From an uncultured bacterium (GTDB lineage Bacteria; Desulfobacterota_D; UBA1144; Nemesobacterales; UBA2774), in contig CAVPJU010000003.1 of assembly GCA_963705505.1 (NCBI GenBank), positions 192,001-256,000 on the forward strand: a stretch of DNA of 64,000 nucleotides, written 5' to 3'. The position numbers and the translations under genes were made by a program. Each line of letters opens with the position of its first letter. Position 1 is the stretch's first letter. Positions 17,085 to 28,184 of this stretch are shown here, one piece after another. The notes under the pieces are model-generated. The model saw only the letters and a program-made list of their open reading frames with translations, made no database searches and had not been told where the DNA came from.

Positions 17085-18320
17085 TCATTCATCCTCCCGG
17101 ATCAGCTTCTCGGCGTAGGATTTCATCTCGTCGCCTATCTTTTTAAGCTCGGGCCTGGATTGTACGTATTTCTCGAGCGCTTCAAGCACGTTCATAGTCT
17201 TTGAGAGCTCGGTCTGCCTCATCGTTTTCCTGGGTTTAGAGAATATTCTCTCGATCTTGAGAGTCTGAGCACCCGCGAATGCCGACCTTATCGCCTTTTC
17301 GTCGACTTCCTCCCCAGGACTCCCGACCTCGTACCTGACCCTGACTACGGCACCCTCCGTGTCACCGCGAAAAAACCGGCCGAGATCCGGATCTCTCCCT
17401 TGATCCGAGCCGATTTCACCGAGATCGATAGTGATAAATTTCCTCGCCGGGGTCTCCATGAATCGGTAGCTGCAGCTCCATCCCCCTTCCGCCTCTAAGA
17501 TTTCACCAAGTACGAAACCCTTTTTCTCCTTCTCCTCGGTGAAATCGATCCTCTCGATACTGCCCGAATAAACTACCGGTGGGGTGTCCGCTTCATTCAG
17601 GTCCTGAAACCTGTGTATGTGCCCGAGCGCTACATAATCAAACGCAGGGTCCGCAAGCACTGACACCGGGACGGACGGGTCAGAAGTCGTAAGAGTGTCC
17701 GTTTCCGTACCGGATAATTTAGCCCCTCGTGCCGACACATGTCCGAGTAATACCGCCGGGTGTTTCTTGTCGGTCTTCTCAGCGAGGCCATGGATTATCG
17801 TGATCAGCCTTCTTTCGATCTCCGTCTGTATCTCCGGGGAGGAAAGCGACTTGTATTCGTCCCTTGCGAGGAGGGCGCTTCTTCCCGCCCACGGAAGACA
17901 GGCCACCTGAACTATTCCGCTCTTCGTGTCCACGCTGACGACTCCGGGTTTTCTCGCTATGGTCACTCCCTCTATATCGAGGGCCGGGAAAATTTCGACT
18001 GCTGAGGCACCTAAGCCGGAAGACGAGTAGTCATGGTTTCCCAATACGATAACGACTCGGGCGCCGTTACTGCCGGCGACTTTCCCTATTCTGCGGGCAA
18101 ATTCTATTTCTTCCGCAGGAAGCGGGTTCTCCCTGTGGAACACATCGCCCGCGATGAGTATGAGGTCTACGGATTCCCTCGATGCCGCCTCTAATACGTG
18201 GTCGAGGCATTTCAGGATGTCTTCGAGTCTGGTGTTATATCCCGTTGACGGATTGAGCTTCCCGTGCGTCAGTAAGCCGATATGAATATCGGAAAGGTGG
18301 ATAAACCTTATCTTTCTCAA
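17085..18320 (-). CDS. sbcD: Exonuclease SbcD (Mre11-like)
   Basis: HLSDIHIG, AGDVF, GNHD, YVALGHIH, YSGSIERIDFTE. Confidence 0.9.
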   Translation of the reverse strand: MRKIRFIHLSDIHIGLLTHGKLNPSTGYNTRLEDILKCLDHVLEAASRESVDLILIAGDVFHRENPLPAEEIEFARRIGKVAGSNGARVVIVLGNHDYSSSGLGASAVEIFPALDIEGVTIARKPGVVSVDTKSGIVQVACLPWAGRSALLARDEYKSLSSPEIQTEIERRLITIIHGLAEKTDKKHPAVLLGHVSARGAKLSGTETDTLTTSDPSVPVSVLADPAFDYVALGHIHRFQDLNEADTPPVVYSGSIERIDFTEEKEKKGFVLGEILEAEGGWSCSYRFMETPARKFITIDLGEIGSDQGRDPDLGRFFRGDTEGAVVRVRYEVGSPGEEVDEKAIRSAFAGAQTLKIERIFSKPRKTMRQTELSKTMNVLEALEKYVQSRPELKKIGDEMKSYAEKLIREDE

Positions 18321-18372
18321 CTGCAGCCGGGCGTTACGGAGACTTGGCAGTCTCCATGAACGCCCCCTTTAT

Positions 18373-19512
18373 TTATTCTCCGAATAAAATTTCAGACGCC
18401 TTTTTCGTGCCGGCTCCGTAATTGAATTTGTAACCGAGCTTATGGAGCACGCTTTCTATCGCCGATATGAAGAATAATGTATCGGTCTTGTCTAGATCCC
18501 CGATGTGGGACACGCGGAATATTACTCCCTTGGCCTGATCCTGTCCGTCGGCAACCGTTATTCCGAATTCGCTGCTGAGGGCCTTGATAACCTTGCTCGA
18601 GCCTATCTCGGGCGGAGCTACAACCGTCGTGAGCGCCGGGCTCGGGACGTCCTTGACATATATATCCAAGCCTATCGCCTTCATCCCTTCCCTCATCGCG
18701 AGAGAGAGCTTGGCATGGCGCTTGTACATGTTCTCCCTGCCCTCTTCCTTAAACCTTCTGAGCACGGCTGCGAGACCGATAATCAGCGTGACGGCCGGGG
18801 TATAGGGGGTCGTGTTTTTCTCCGCATTCTTCAAAGCGGCTTTGAAATCGAAATAATATTTCGGCAGGTCCGAAGTCTTATTGAATTTCCATGCCTTCTC
18901 GCTCATAGCGGCAAACGACAGGCCGGGAGGCAGCATGAACGCCTTCTGCGAGCCGCCGACCATCACGTCTATGCCGATTTCGTCGAAAGGAAGCGGGAAC
19001 ACGCCCACACCGGTGATACCGTCCACTATCAGAATAACGTCGTCTCTGTGTCTGGTAATGTCAGCGATTTCCTTTGTCGGATGCATAACGCCCGTCGATG
19101 TTTCGCTCGCCTGTACCAGAACGGCGCGTATGGACGGGTCTTTCTCCAGCGCCTTTTCTATATCCGCCGGATTTACGGAATACCCCCATTCGACCATGAG
19201 CTCCTGCGTGTCGAGGCCGAAAGCCTTGCAAATCTTTCCCCACCTCTCGCCGAATTTACCGCCGTTGACGACAAGGACCTTGTCCCCCCGGGAAAGCGTA
19301 TTCACTACGGCAGCCTCCATTGCTCCCGTTCCGGAAGCCGCGAGAACAAAGACTTCCTGCTTCGTATCGTATATGTATTTAAGCCCCTCTCTCACCTCGG
19401 CGAATATAGCTTCGAATTCCTTCGTCCTGTGGTGCATGATGGGCTTTGCCATCTCTATGAGAATTTCGCTTGGGACTGCTACCGGCCCCGGAGTAAATAT
19501 GTAATTTTTCAC
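18373..19512 (-). CDS. Class V aminotransferase (serine-pyruvate/alanine-glyoxylate type)
   Basis: TPGP, SGTGAMEA, ETSTGV, GSQKAFMLPPGL, TPYTP. Confidence 0.92.
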   Translation of the reverse strand: MKNYIFTPGPVAVPSEILIEMAKPIMHHRTKEFEAIFAEVREGLKYIYDTKQEVFVLAASGTGAMEAAVVNTLSRGDKVLVVNGGKFGERWGKICKAFGLDTQELMVEWGYSVNPADIEKALEKDPSIRAVLVQASETSTGVMHPTKEIADITRHRDDVILIVDGITGVGVFPLPFDEIGIDVMVGGSQKAFMLPPGLSFAAMSEKAWKFNKTSDLPKYYFDFKAALKNAEKNTTPYTPAVTLIIGLAAVLRRFKEEGRENMYKRHAKLSLAMREGMKAIGLDIYVKDVPSPALTTVVAPPEIGSSKVIKALSSEFGITVADGQDQAKGVIFRVSHIGDLDKTDTLFFISAIESVLHKLGYKFNYGAGTKKASEILFGE

Positions 19513-19770
19513 TTTTTGAGTCTCCTCTGCATTGATGTTCTTTCGGTATCTGATAAAGCTGACTGTGAAATCTTTCTATGCCCCCGCAAACACCCTTAGC
19601 TCACCGGTCCCGCCGGACTAAAATTCGCTAATTTATCCCGTAACAAACTCTTGTGATACAAACAGGTTTAAAACCATAAGAATTTACCCAAAGCTGCGGA
19701 TAATTCAACTGTCCTTGCTTTTGAACCCTCAAACCTTATATTATTTGCATATCTATAACGGGAGTACGAC

Positions 19771-20881
19771 ATGTTCGGAGAAAATAAAGAGCAGATACAG
19801 GAGCTTAAGAAGAGACTGGTAGTACTCGGAGACTTTCTTTGACCTCCCCGGGAAAAAATCACGTCTTAAGGAACTCGAAGAGCTGACAGGCAAGCAGGGG
19901 TTCTGGGATAATGCCGACCGGGCGCAGGAAATCTTAAAGGAGCAGGCACGGATCAAAAGCGCTATCGACGGCTGGCAGAGGCTCTCCCGAGAGCTCGAGG
20001 ACGCGGAAGTCCTGGAGGAGCTGTCCCTCGAAGAAGAAAATGAGGAAGCCGCCCTGGAAGCCAGGGAAAAGCTGTCAGAAATACAGAACCAGGTCGAGAA
20101 CCTCGAATTCAAAAGGATTCTGGGGGAGCCCGATGACGAGAGAAACGCAATCGTATCGATAAACGCAGGCGCGGGCGGCACCGAGGCGCAGGACTGGGCG
20201 GAGATGCTCCTAAGGATGTATCTGAGGTACGCCGAGCTTAACGATTATACGACCGAGATGATCGAGTACTCGGAAGGGGACGAAGCCGGCATGAAGAGCG
20301 CAACGTTCCTCGTAAAAGGGGATTACGCGTTCGGCTATCTCAAGGGCGAGAGCGGAGTACACAGGCTGGTCAGGATTTCCCCGTTCGACGCCAATAAGAG
20401 AAGGCACACGTCGTTCGCATCCGTTTTCGTTTCTCCGGAAATCGACGAGAGCATAGAGGTCGATATTGAGGAAAAAGATTTGAGGGTGGATACCTACCGG
20501 GCGAGCGGGGCCGGCGGGCAGCACGTAAACAAGACCGATTCCGCGATAAGGATAACCCACTTCCCGACGGGGATAGTCGTAAGCTGTCAGAACGAACGCT
20601 CCCAGCATCAGAACCGGGCTACGGCGATGAAGGTACTGAAGGCAAGGCTCTACGAGCTCGAAAAGGAAAAACAGCAGGAAAAAATAGACGAGCTGCACTC
20701 GACGAAAAAGGAGATCGGATGGGGGAGCCAGATCCGTTCCTACGTGCTCCATCCGTACAGAATGATCAAGGACCACAGGACAGGGTACGAGACCGGAAAT
20801 GTCGAGCCCGTTTTGGACGGAGACCTGAGCGAATTCATAAAGAGCTATCTTCTTATGCACTCGGGTGAAAAAAAGGTATGA
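19771..20881 (+). CDS. prfB: Peptide chain release factor 2, programmed +1 frameshift at CTT-TGA-C (19837-19843)
   Basis: 23-codon leader MFGENKEQ...GDFL*; +1 frame DLPGKK..FWDN..GAGGTEAQDWAEM joins ORF 20204..20881 with SPF and GGQ motifs. Confidence 0.96.
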
Positions 20882-20998
20882 CGACCCGGCCGGATCATGC
20901 CCTATAATCCTTTGATTCCATACCCGGGGTGTTATATTTATCCATCGACAGCCTAGGAATTCAGTGAAGTCCGCGTCCCTCTCTGGAGGAAAGGAATT

Positions 20999-21868
20999 TT
21001 GAGAATCGGAATAATCGGGAAGACGGATATAGACAAGACATACGAGATCGCGAAAGACCTCTGCAAATGGTTTAAAAAAAGAGGGGTCGCGGTCATTCTT
21101 GAAAAAGAGCTCGCGAATAAAATCCGTCACAAAAATTCTGCCCGCGCTCCCGAAATCCCCAAGCTCGTCGATATAATACTCGTCTTCGGCGGGGACGGCT
21201 CATTCCTGGGCGTCGCCCGGGTTGCGTGCAGATACGGCACGCCGATCCTGGGAATAAACCTGGGAGGACTCGGGTTTCTTACTGAAATAACCGTTGACGA
21301 GATATACCCGATGATGGAGAGGATACTGAGCGGCGATTATGAAATAGAGGACCGCCGGATGCTCCGGACAACACTGCGGAGAGGCAAGACCAGGGCAAAG
21401 AACTACGATGTCCTGAACGACGTGGTAATTAACAAAGAGGCCGTCGCGAGGATAATCGATCTCGAAATCTACATTGAAGGCTCGCACGTTACGACGTATA
21501 AAGCAGACGGGATCATCCTTTCGACGCCCACGGGTTCGACCGCCTATTCCCTTTCCGCAGGAGGACCGATAGTCCAACCCACACTCCCCGTCACTATAAT
21601 CACGCCGATTTGTCCTCACACCCTCACGAACAGACCGCTCGTCGTGTCTAACGAGATGAAGGTCGAAATAAAGATAACCACCCAGGAGCCCGACACATAC
21701 CTTACGCTCGACGGGCAGATCGGAATCAGGCTCAAGACCGGAGACGTCGTAGAAGTCAGAAAATCCGATACTACCGTAAAACTGATAAAATCCCCTTTCA
21801 GAGATTACTTCACCATTCTCAAGACCAAACTTATGTGGGGAGAAAGATATGGCAAGATCAACGGATGA
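20999..21868 (+). CDS. nadK: NAD kinase
   Basis: GGDGSFL, GINLGGLGFL, LND, DGIILSTPTGSTAYSLSAGGP. Confidence 0.95.
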   Translation: MRIGIIGKTDIDKTYEIAKDLCKWFKKRGVAVILEKELANKIRHKNSARAPEIPKLVDIILVFGGDGSFLGVARVACRYGTPILGINLGGLGFLTEITVDEIYPMMERILSGDYEIEDRRMLRTTLRRGKTRAKNYDVLNDVVINKEAVARIIDLEIYIEGSHVTTYKADGIILSTPTGSTAYSLSAGGPIVQPTLPVTIITPICPHTLTNRPLVVSNEMKVEIKITTQEPDTYLTLDGQIGIRLKTGDVVEVRKSDTTVKLIKSPFRDYFTILKTKLMWGERYGKING

Positions 21869-22217
21869 ACAGTTTCTGCATGACTGGGTCATAAGGAAAA
21901 TACGTGAGAAATATTCGAGGCTCTACAGCGAGGTGCGCATAAATCCCGGTGAAGAGATAAATTTCGATTACAAAGGGAAACACCCGGACATAATCATAGT
22001 CAATTACGGGCAGGTCGTGCAGATAGTGGAGGTCGAGACACGGGAGACAATAAATAACGAAAGGGTCCCGAAATGGAAAGACCTCTCCGAGCTCGGTGTA
22101 AAATTAACCCTCATGGTGCCGAAGGAATTGCAGGGACCCGCAAGGGACATTTGCTGGAAGAACGGTCTCGCAGCCAAAGTGAACATCGGAAGCTTCGATG
22201 TCCTCCTGAACATTTAA
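21849..22217 (+). CDS. Hypothetical protein, possible PD-(D/E)xK-like fold
   Basis: HPDIII...IVEVET pattern; GGGAG SD; overlaps nadK end by 20 nt. Confidence 0.6.
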   Translation: MARSTDEQFLHDWVIRKIREKYSRLYSEVRINPGEEINFDYKGKHPDIIIVNYGQVVQIVEVETRETINNERVPKWKDLSELGVKLTLMVPKELQGPARDICWKNGLAAKVNIGSFDVLLNI

Positions 22218-22242
22218 CCCATGCCCGACAGGGACCGGGTCT

Positions 22243-24273
22243 TTATGTCCTGGTGCCGGATATGGGGAAAACAATATAGAATCCCGCCCCGCTTTGATTC
22301 CGAAGCTCTATGGTCCCGCTTAACTGGTCGGTCAGCGCGCAGACAAGCTGAAGCCCGAGTGTGGCCGTATTCCTGAAATCAATATTCTCGGGAAAGCCGG
22401 CCCCGTTATCTTTCACCGAAAGAACGAGACTGCCGTCGCTGTCCGAGTATAGTTCAACCAATATCTTGGCCTTCGACTTGCCGGTTCTTTCACCGCCGTT
22501 TTTATTTAAAAAAGCGTGCTTGACACAGTTGGAAAAGAGCTCGTTTATGATGAGCCCGCAGGGGATAGCGATGTCTACGTTGACGGAGATATCATACGCA
22601 TTGATCTGGACATCGATAGGACTCCCTGCTGTATCGTACATTCTGAGGAGGTTCCTCGTCAGGTCTGTAATGTAGTCGAGCATTTTTATTTCGGCTAAAT
22701 TTTTTGACTGATACAGCTTCTCATGAATCAGAGCTATGGTGGATATCCTGTTCTGACTTTCATAAAAAAGGCTCAGTGACTCCTTGTCCTTTGTGTAATC
22801 GGACTGAAGACTGAGAAGGCTCGATATGACTTGAAGGTTATTTTTCACCCTGTGGTGTATCTCTCTCAGGAGCGATTCCTTCTCTTTAAGCGACTTCTGA
22901 ATCTGCTCCTCGGTCTTTTTGCGCTCGGTAATTTCACGGGTATCGATTATCGCCCGTATCTCGCCCGTGGATGTCCTGAACGGCTTCCCGGTGCTCTCGA
23001 ACCACCGCCATTCACCGTTCTTATGCCTGTACCTGTGAACGACCCTTGCCGTAGACTCGGTTTTTAAACCCTGAATAAATTGCGACAGCATGGCAGCGCG
23101 GTCGTCCGGATGTACGAATTCGAATACATTCCTGCCTAAAAGCTCTTCAGGCTCGTATCCCATGATCTCTTTATGGTTGGAGCTCGCATACATAAACCGG
23201 CCGTCATAGGATATCTCCAGTATGAGGTCGTGCGCGTTTTCAACGAGCGTGCGATAGAGCTCTTCTTTTTCTTTGAGCAGGTCCTCGGCTTTCTTGCGCT
23301 CTATCATTGTGCTGATCCAACGCCCCATAAGCCTTATAAAATCCTTGTCCGCCGTTGTGAAAGGCTCCTTCCTGGGACCCTGGCTTGCAAAATTAAGTGT
23401 CCCGAAAACTATGCCGTTAATTCGTAAAGGAACAGCTATATAGGACTCGAAACCGAAGCTCCTGTAGGACTCATCATTTCTATACTCGGACTCACCCACA
23501 TGTTCCAGGGCGACAACTTCATCGTTGGCAAGCGTAATTTTGCAGTATGTCTTTGAAAGTTCGAATTCGAACCCCTGCTTAAACCTTCCCAGCTCGTCAT
23601 GGCAGTACAACACGGTACAATTCTGACCGGAAACCTCGCCGATGCCGGCAATTTCCATGCAGAGCATCCGGGCGCCTGTCTTTAGAGTCTCGGCAAGCTG
23701 TGTATCGATTCCCACTCCCGGCTCGGCCGAAATCTCATAAAGGGACCTGATCCGTCTCTCCTGAAGGGCATGCACCTCCTCGGAGTGCTTGCTGTATGTG
23801 TTATCCCTGAGAGAGCCGATGATGCTTAGAACCTTTCCGTTCCTCAACCTGAACGCCACGGATATTTCGGCGCTTATAGAACCGCCTCCGCTTAAAAGAA
23901 CCTTAGATTCGAATACCTTTTTCGGCTGTCCGTTCTCAAACTTTAAGAGATTGCCCGCAGTATCCGTTCCCGGGTCGGTATCGAGCAAGTCGAAGAACGG
24001 TCTGCCTATCCAATTCTCACGCGCCCATCCCGTAAGCACGCTGAATGCAGGGTTTAAGTAGGTCAGAATCCCTTCCGGTGTAAGGCTGAAAATAACCTCC
24101 GGGGCATCCTCGAGGATGCCGGAGTAAAATTCAGCGCCGCTTTCCCCATCGCCGCTATAAGGAGCTTCTGAGATCTCGTCGGAACGAAAAGACGTGACGG
24201 CTTCCATGAGATCGAGCGTTCCGGGCTCGATCCCGTCTTCCGGTCCGATTTCATGCTTCAATTTATCATTCAT
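22243..24273 (-). CDS. Soluble PAS-GAF-PAS histidine kinase (HisKA_2 type)
   Basis: Two PAS domains (YLNPAF; FVHPDD), GAF (YIAVPL..FGTLNF), EIHHRVKNNLQ H-box, DNGAG, LGLQLV. Confidence 0.92.
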   Translation of the reverse strand: MNDKLKHEIGPEDGIEPGTLDLMEAVTSFRSDEISEAPYSGDGESGAEFYSGILEDAPEVIFSLTPEGILTYLNPAFSVLTGWARENWIGRPFFDLLDTDPGTDTAGNLLKFENGQPKKVFESKVLLSGGGSISAEISVAFRLRNGKVLSIIGSLRDNTYSKHSEEVHALQERRIRSLYEISAEPGVGIDTQLAETLKTGARMLCMEIAGIGEVSGQNCTVLYCHDELGRFKQGFEFELSKTYCKITLANDEVVALEHVGESEYRNDESYRSFGFESYIAVPLRINGIVFGTLNFASQGPRKEPFTTADKDFIRLMGRWISTMIERKKAEDLLKEKEELYRTLVENAHDLILEISYDGRFMYASSNHKEIMGYEPEELLGRNVFEFVHPDDRAAMLSQFIQGLKTESTARVVHRYRHKNGEWRWFESTGKPFRTSTGEIRAIIDTREITERKKTEEQIQKSLKEKESLLREIHHRVKNNLQVISSLLSLQSDYTKDKESLSLFYESQNRISTIALIHEKLYQSKNLAEIKMLDYITDLTRNLLRMYDTAGSPIDVQINAYDISVNVDIAIPCGLIINELFSNCVKHAFLNKNGGERTGKSKAKILVELYSDSDGSLVLSVKDNGAGFPENIDFRNTATLGLQLVCALTDQLSGTIELRNQSGAGFYIVFPISGTRT

Positions 24274-24591
24274 GCAAAAAGAACCCGTCGGCCGAATCTG
24301 TTGTAAGTAAGTTTTACGGACTCCCCCCGAGTCCGGCCGCTATATGTATATATTTTCCCGAACTTGCCCCAGGCCGCATCTAATTTTAATAAAATCTGTA
24401 GATACATGCAATGCGGGGAGGACCGAACAGGAGCAGACAATAATTTTATTATGTTGTTACAGCACGTTACCCAATCCGCAGGACTTAAATCATGAACGCA
24501 GCGGACTTCGCGCCGACATATACTCCGTACATCCCCTCCGTGCTTGCCAACTCATTTAATCTTGGATAGGCTTTTCTTGAATGGAGGGGGT

Positions 24592-25848
24592 ATGCATCAG
24601 ATGTCCAAGCTCGAAATAGTTGATCCGGAAATTTACCGCGCTATCAGGTCCGAAGTCGAACGGCAGGAATACAAGCTCGAACTCATCGCTTCTGAAAATT
24701 ATGTAAGCGAAGCGGTGCTCGAGGCGTTGGGCTCGGTGCTGACAAATAAGTACGCAGAGGGCCTTCCGGGAAAGAGGTACTACGGAGGGTGCGAATTCGT
24801 GGATATTGCGGAAAATCTGGCCCGGGACAGGGCTAAGATGCTCTTTGGCTGCGATGCGGTCAACGTACAGCCCCACTCGGGCGCACAGGCTAACATGTCG
24901 GTTTATTTCTCCTGTCTTGAGCCCGGGGATACCATACTCGGAATGAACCTCGCCCACGGCGGACACCTGACACACGGAAGCCCCGTCAATTTCTCGGGCA
25001 AGCTATATAATATAGTGCCGTACGGAGTCACGGAGGACACGAACCTCATCGACTACACGGAGGTCAGAAGGCTCGCGCTCGAGCACAAGCCCAAGCTCAT
25101 CGTCGCGGGCTGGAGCGCATACCCGAGGGATATCGACTTTGCGAAGTTCAGGGAAATTGCGGACGAAGCCGGCGCGCTCCTCATGGCGGATATCGCGCAC
25201 CCCGCGGGACTCGTAGTCGCGGGACTCTATTCCAATCCGATACCGCACTGCGATTTCGTGACGACGACCACTCATAAAACGCTCCGGGGGCCGAGGGGCG
25301 GAATGGTTATGATGAAACAAAGCCAGGAAAAGCAGGTCAACAGCAGGGTATTCCCCGGCACGCAGGGAGGGCCGCTTATGCACGTGATCGCCGCAAAGGC
25401 GGTTGCGTTCAAGGAAGCTCTCGATCCTTCTTTCAAAGACTACCAGAGGCAGATCGTGAAGAACTCCAAAAAGCTCGGTGAATGTCTGATCAAGATGGGG
25501 CTTAAACTCGTCTCGGGCGGGACTGACACACACCTGGTGCTCGTCGACCTCAGGGAGACAGAGCTCACGGGAAAGATAGCGGAGGAGACACTCGAGCAGG
25601 CAGGCATAACGGTAAACAAAAATGCCATACCCTTTGACCCGCGTCCGCCGGCAGTAACGAGCGGGATAAGGATAGGGACCCCCGCAGTCACCACGAGAGG
25701 AATGAAAGAAAAAGAAATCGAAATAATCGCGGATTTTATAAAAGAGGCTTTAAATAACCCGGGCAACGAGAAAGTGCTTTCAACGATAAAGGACGATGTC
25801 CGGGGGCTTTGCAGCCAATTCCCCGTATACAGACACAGACTAATTTAG
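24592..25848 (+). CDS. glyA: Serine hydroxymethyltransferase
   Basis: [33 protein letters not shown]; start 24592 or 24601. Confidence 0.97.
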   Translation: MHQMSKLEIVDPEIYRAIRSEVERQEYKLELIASENYVSEAVLEALGSVLTNKYAEGLPGKRYYGGCEFVDIAENLARDRAKMLFGCDAVNVQPHSGAQANMSVYFSCLEPGDTILGMNLAHGGHLTHGSPVNFSGKLYNIVPYGVTEDTNLIDYTEVRRLALEHKPKLIVAGWSAYPRDIDFAKFREIADEAGALLMADIAHPAGLVVAGLYSNPIPHCDFVTTTTHKTLRGPRGGMVMMKQSQEKQVNSRVFPGTQGGPLMHVIAAKAVAFKEALDPSFKDYQRQIVKNSKKLGECLIKMGLKLVSGGTDTHLVLVDLRETELTGKIAEETLEQAGITVNKNAIPFDPRPPAVTSGIRIGTPAVTTRGMKEKEIEIIADFIKEALNNPGNEKVLSTIKDDVRGLCSQFPVYRHRLI

Positions 25849-26382
25849 ATGAAATGTCCATTCTGTTCCAGTCTAGAAAGTAAGGTAATAGACTCGCGCC
25901 TCGCGAAGGAAGATACGTCGATCAGGAGGCGGAGGGAATGCCTCAGCTGCAAGAGCCGCTTCACAACCTATGAAAGGGTGGAGGAAGTCGAGCTCCTCGT
26001 TATCAAGAAGGGCGGCGTCAGGGAACCGTTTGACCGCAGCAAAATAATCGCAGGCATGATTAAGGCGTGCGAGAAAAGGCCCATAAGCATGGAGGTCATC
26101 GAAAACTTCGTCTCCGATCTGGAAAGGGAGTTCCAGGAGAGGGGAGACAGGGAAGTGGAAAGCAGTGAGATAGGCGAGAGGGTGATAAATAAACTTTACG
26201 AGATAGATGAGGTCGCATATGTCAGGTTCGCATCTGTCTATCGGTCGTTTAAGGACGTTAATCAGTTTTTGAGCGAGCTGACGGATCTGCTCAAGGAGAA
26301 GGGCGGACAGATGAAATTAAGCGGAAAGAAAGATTCTCCGATTCACGCTTTATCGCTCATAAAGGATAAGACCAAGAAGTAA
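25849..26382 (+). CDS. nrdR: Transcriptional repressor NrdR
   Basis: MKCPFC, IRRRREC, RFTTYE, ATP cone, [10 protein letters not shown]. Confidence 0.97.
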   Translation: MKCPFCSSLESKVIDSRLAKEDTSIRRRRECLSCKSRFTTYERVEEVELLVIKKGGVREPFDRSKIIAGMIKACEKRPISMEVIENFVSDLEREFQERGDREVESSEIGERVINKLYEIDEVAYVRFASVYRSFKDVNQFLSELTDLLKEKGGQMKLSGKKDSPIHALSLIKDKTKK

Positions 26383-27144
26383 TGCTCATCGACACTCATG
26401 CGCACCTCGATTCGCTAGATGACGTCCCCGGCTCTATTGCGAGGGCTCAGGAGAACGGAATAGAGAAAATAATAGCCATATCCTCGGACCTGATATCCTC
26501 CCGGAACACAATCTCGATTTCAGAAAAATATCGGAAACGTATTCGCTGCGGTGGGCGTTCACCCGCATGCGGCAAGGACCGCGGACGATACCGCCCTCGG
26601 GGAAATTGAGCGGCTTGCGGGAACGGATAAGGTCGTCGCGATCGGAGAGACGGGGCTCGACTATCACTACCTGAATTCCGAAAAGGACGCACAGATACAA
26701 TCACTCAAAGAGCATATCGGTATTGCGTGTCGTGTCCGGCTGCCGATTGTCATCCATGTCAGGGACGCCGACCCGGATCTCATACAGATCCTCAAGACAG
26801 AGAAGGTCTCGGACAGGACGGGCGTGATTCACTGTTTTACGGGGAATTTCGAGACTGCGAAAAATTATCTCGACCTCGGGTTCTACATTTCATTCTCCGG
26901 CATAGTGACATTCAAGAAGTCCGAAGAGGTCCGCGATGCGGCAAAAAGAATCCCCGGAGACAGGATTTTGATCGAAACCGATTCGCCTTACCTCGCACCC
27001 GTGCCGCTGAGAGGTAAAACAAACGAGCCAGCCTACGTGAAATACGTAGCGGAGACGATTGCCGAGACCAGGGGCGTTTCTCTCGATGAGATAGCCGACC
27101 TGACGACCGGGAATGCGGAGAGGCTGTTTAAGCTCGGGCAATGA
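26382..27144 (+). pseudogene. tatD: TatD-family DNase split by a +1 frameshift near 26525-26540 (pseudogene or sequence error)
   Basis: N-part IDTHAHL in ORF 26382..26609; C-part GVHPH, IGETGLDY, IHCF, ETDSPYL in the +1 frame. Confidence 0.85.
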
Positions 27145-27204
27145 TTACACGGCCCATGTAAAATAATATCTATAAAAAGTTTTTTTATTTAAAATCATCC
27201 TGCC

Positions 27205-28179
27205 ATGAGCAAAAAACCTAAAATCGGCATATCCATGGGCGACCCGAACGGCATAAGCCCGGAGATAATAGTAAAAGCCGTCAACTCACCCGAGGTGAGC
27301 GGAGCCTGTACGCCGGTAATATTCGGAAGCGGTGAGATTCTGGAATCCGCGGCGAAGCTCACGGGCCTGAAAATAAACTGCGGGATATTCGACCCCTCCG
27401 ATTTCAAAACAGCCGACCTCAAGCCCTGCAGAGTCGACAAAAAGGCGGGAGAGGCCAGCCTGTCATACATACGCCAGGCAGTGAAAGCCGCGATGTCGGG
27501 CGAGATCGACGCAATCGTCACGGCGCCCATCAGTAAAGAATCCACTCACCTCGCGGGATCGAAGTTCCCGGGGCATACGGAGATGCTCAAGGAACTCACG
27601 GGCGCAAAAGAGGCAGTGATGATGTTCGAAGGCGGAAAGTTCCGCGTGGTGCTCGTCACGATTCACAATGCGTTAAGAGAAGTCCCGAAACTCGTCACGA
27701 AAGAAAGGGTGCTTTCAGTAATAAATATCACACACCGCGCACTTATAAGTCAATTCAAGATCCCCGAACCCAAGATCGTCGTCTGCGGCTTGAACCCGCA
27801 CGCCGGGGAGTCGGGGGCTTTCGGCGACGAGGAGATTAAATATATAGCCCCCGCCGTAGCGGAAGCGAGAAGAATGGGGATCACCGTTACCGGTCCTCTC
27901 CCGGCAGACACTCTCTTCTACTATGCCAACGAGGGGAAATGGGACGCGGTCGTCGCGATGTACCACGACCAGGGTCTGATACCGTTTAAAATGCTCAACT
28001 TCAACGTGGGAGTGAACCTTACCCTCGGCCTTCCTATAATCAGAACCTCTCCCGACCACGGAACGGCTTTCAATATCGCGTGGAAGGGGGTCGCCGACCC
28101 GTCCAGCATGATCGCAGCCGTCAGCGTCGCGGCCAGGCTCGCGGCGCGCCCGGAACCAGCCGCCGGACGAAAGCGGTAA
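27205..28179 (+). CDS. pdxA: 4-hydroxythreonine-4-phosphate dehydrogenase
   Basis: MGDPNGI, TAPISK, GHTE, NPHAGE, MYHDQG, RTSPDHGTA. Confidence 0.95.
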   Translation: MSKKPKIGISMGDPNGISPEIIVKAVNSPEVSGACTPVIFGSGEILESAAKLTGLKINCGIFDPSDFKTADLKPCRVDKKAGEASLSYIRQAVKAAMSGEIDAIVTAPISKESTHLAGSKFPGHTEMLKELTGAKEAVMMFEGGKFRVVLVTIHNALREVPKLVTKERVLSVINITHRALISQFKIPEPKIVVCGLNPHAGESGAFGDEEIKYIAPAVAEARRMGITVTGPLPADTLFYYANEGKWDAVVAMYHDQGLIPFKMLNFNVGVNLTLGLPIIRTSPDHGTAFNIAWKGVADPSSMIAAVSVAARLAARPEPAAGRKR

Positions 28180-28184
28180 TAACC

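Noticed and set aside
18505..19599. 364-aa plus-strand ORF and similar long antisense ORFs (20210..21130, 6681..7520, 38320..39156, 56497..57324)
   Set aside because: Each overlaps a well-supported gene on the opposite strand and has no recognisable motifs.
24274..24591. Riboswitch (ZTP, glycine or THF) upstream of glyA
   Set aside because: Only a small hairpin (CGGACTC/GAGTCCG near 24317-24335); no class-specific consensus recognised.
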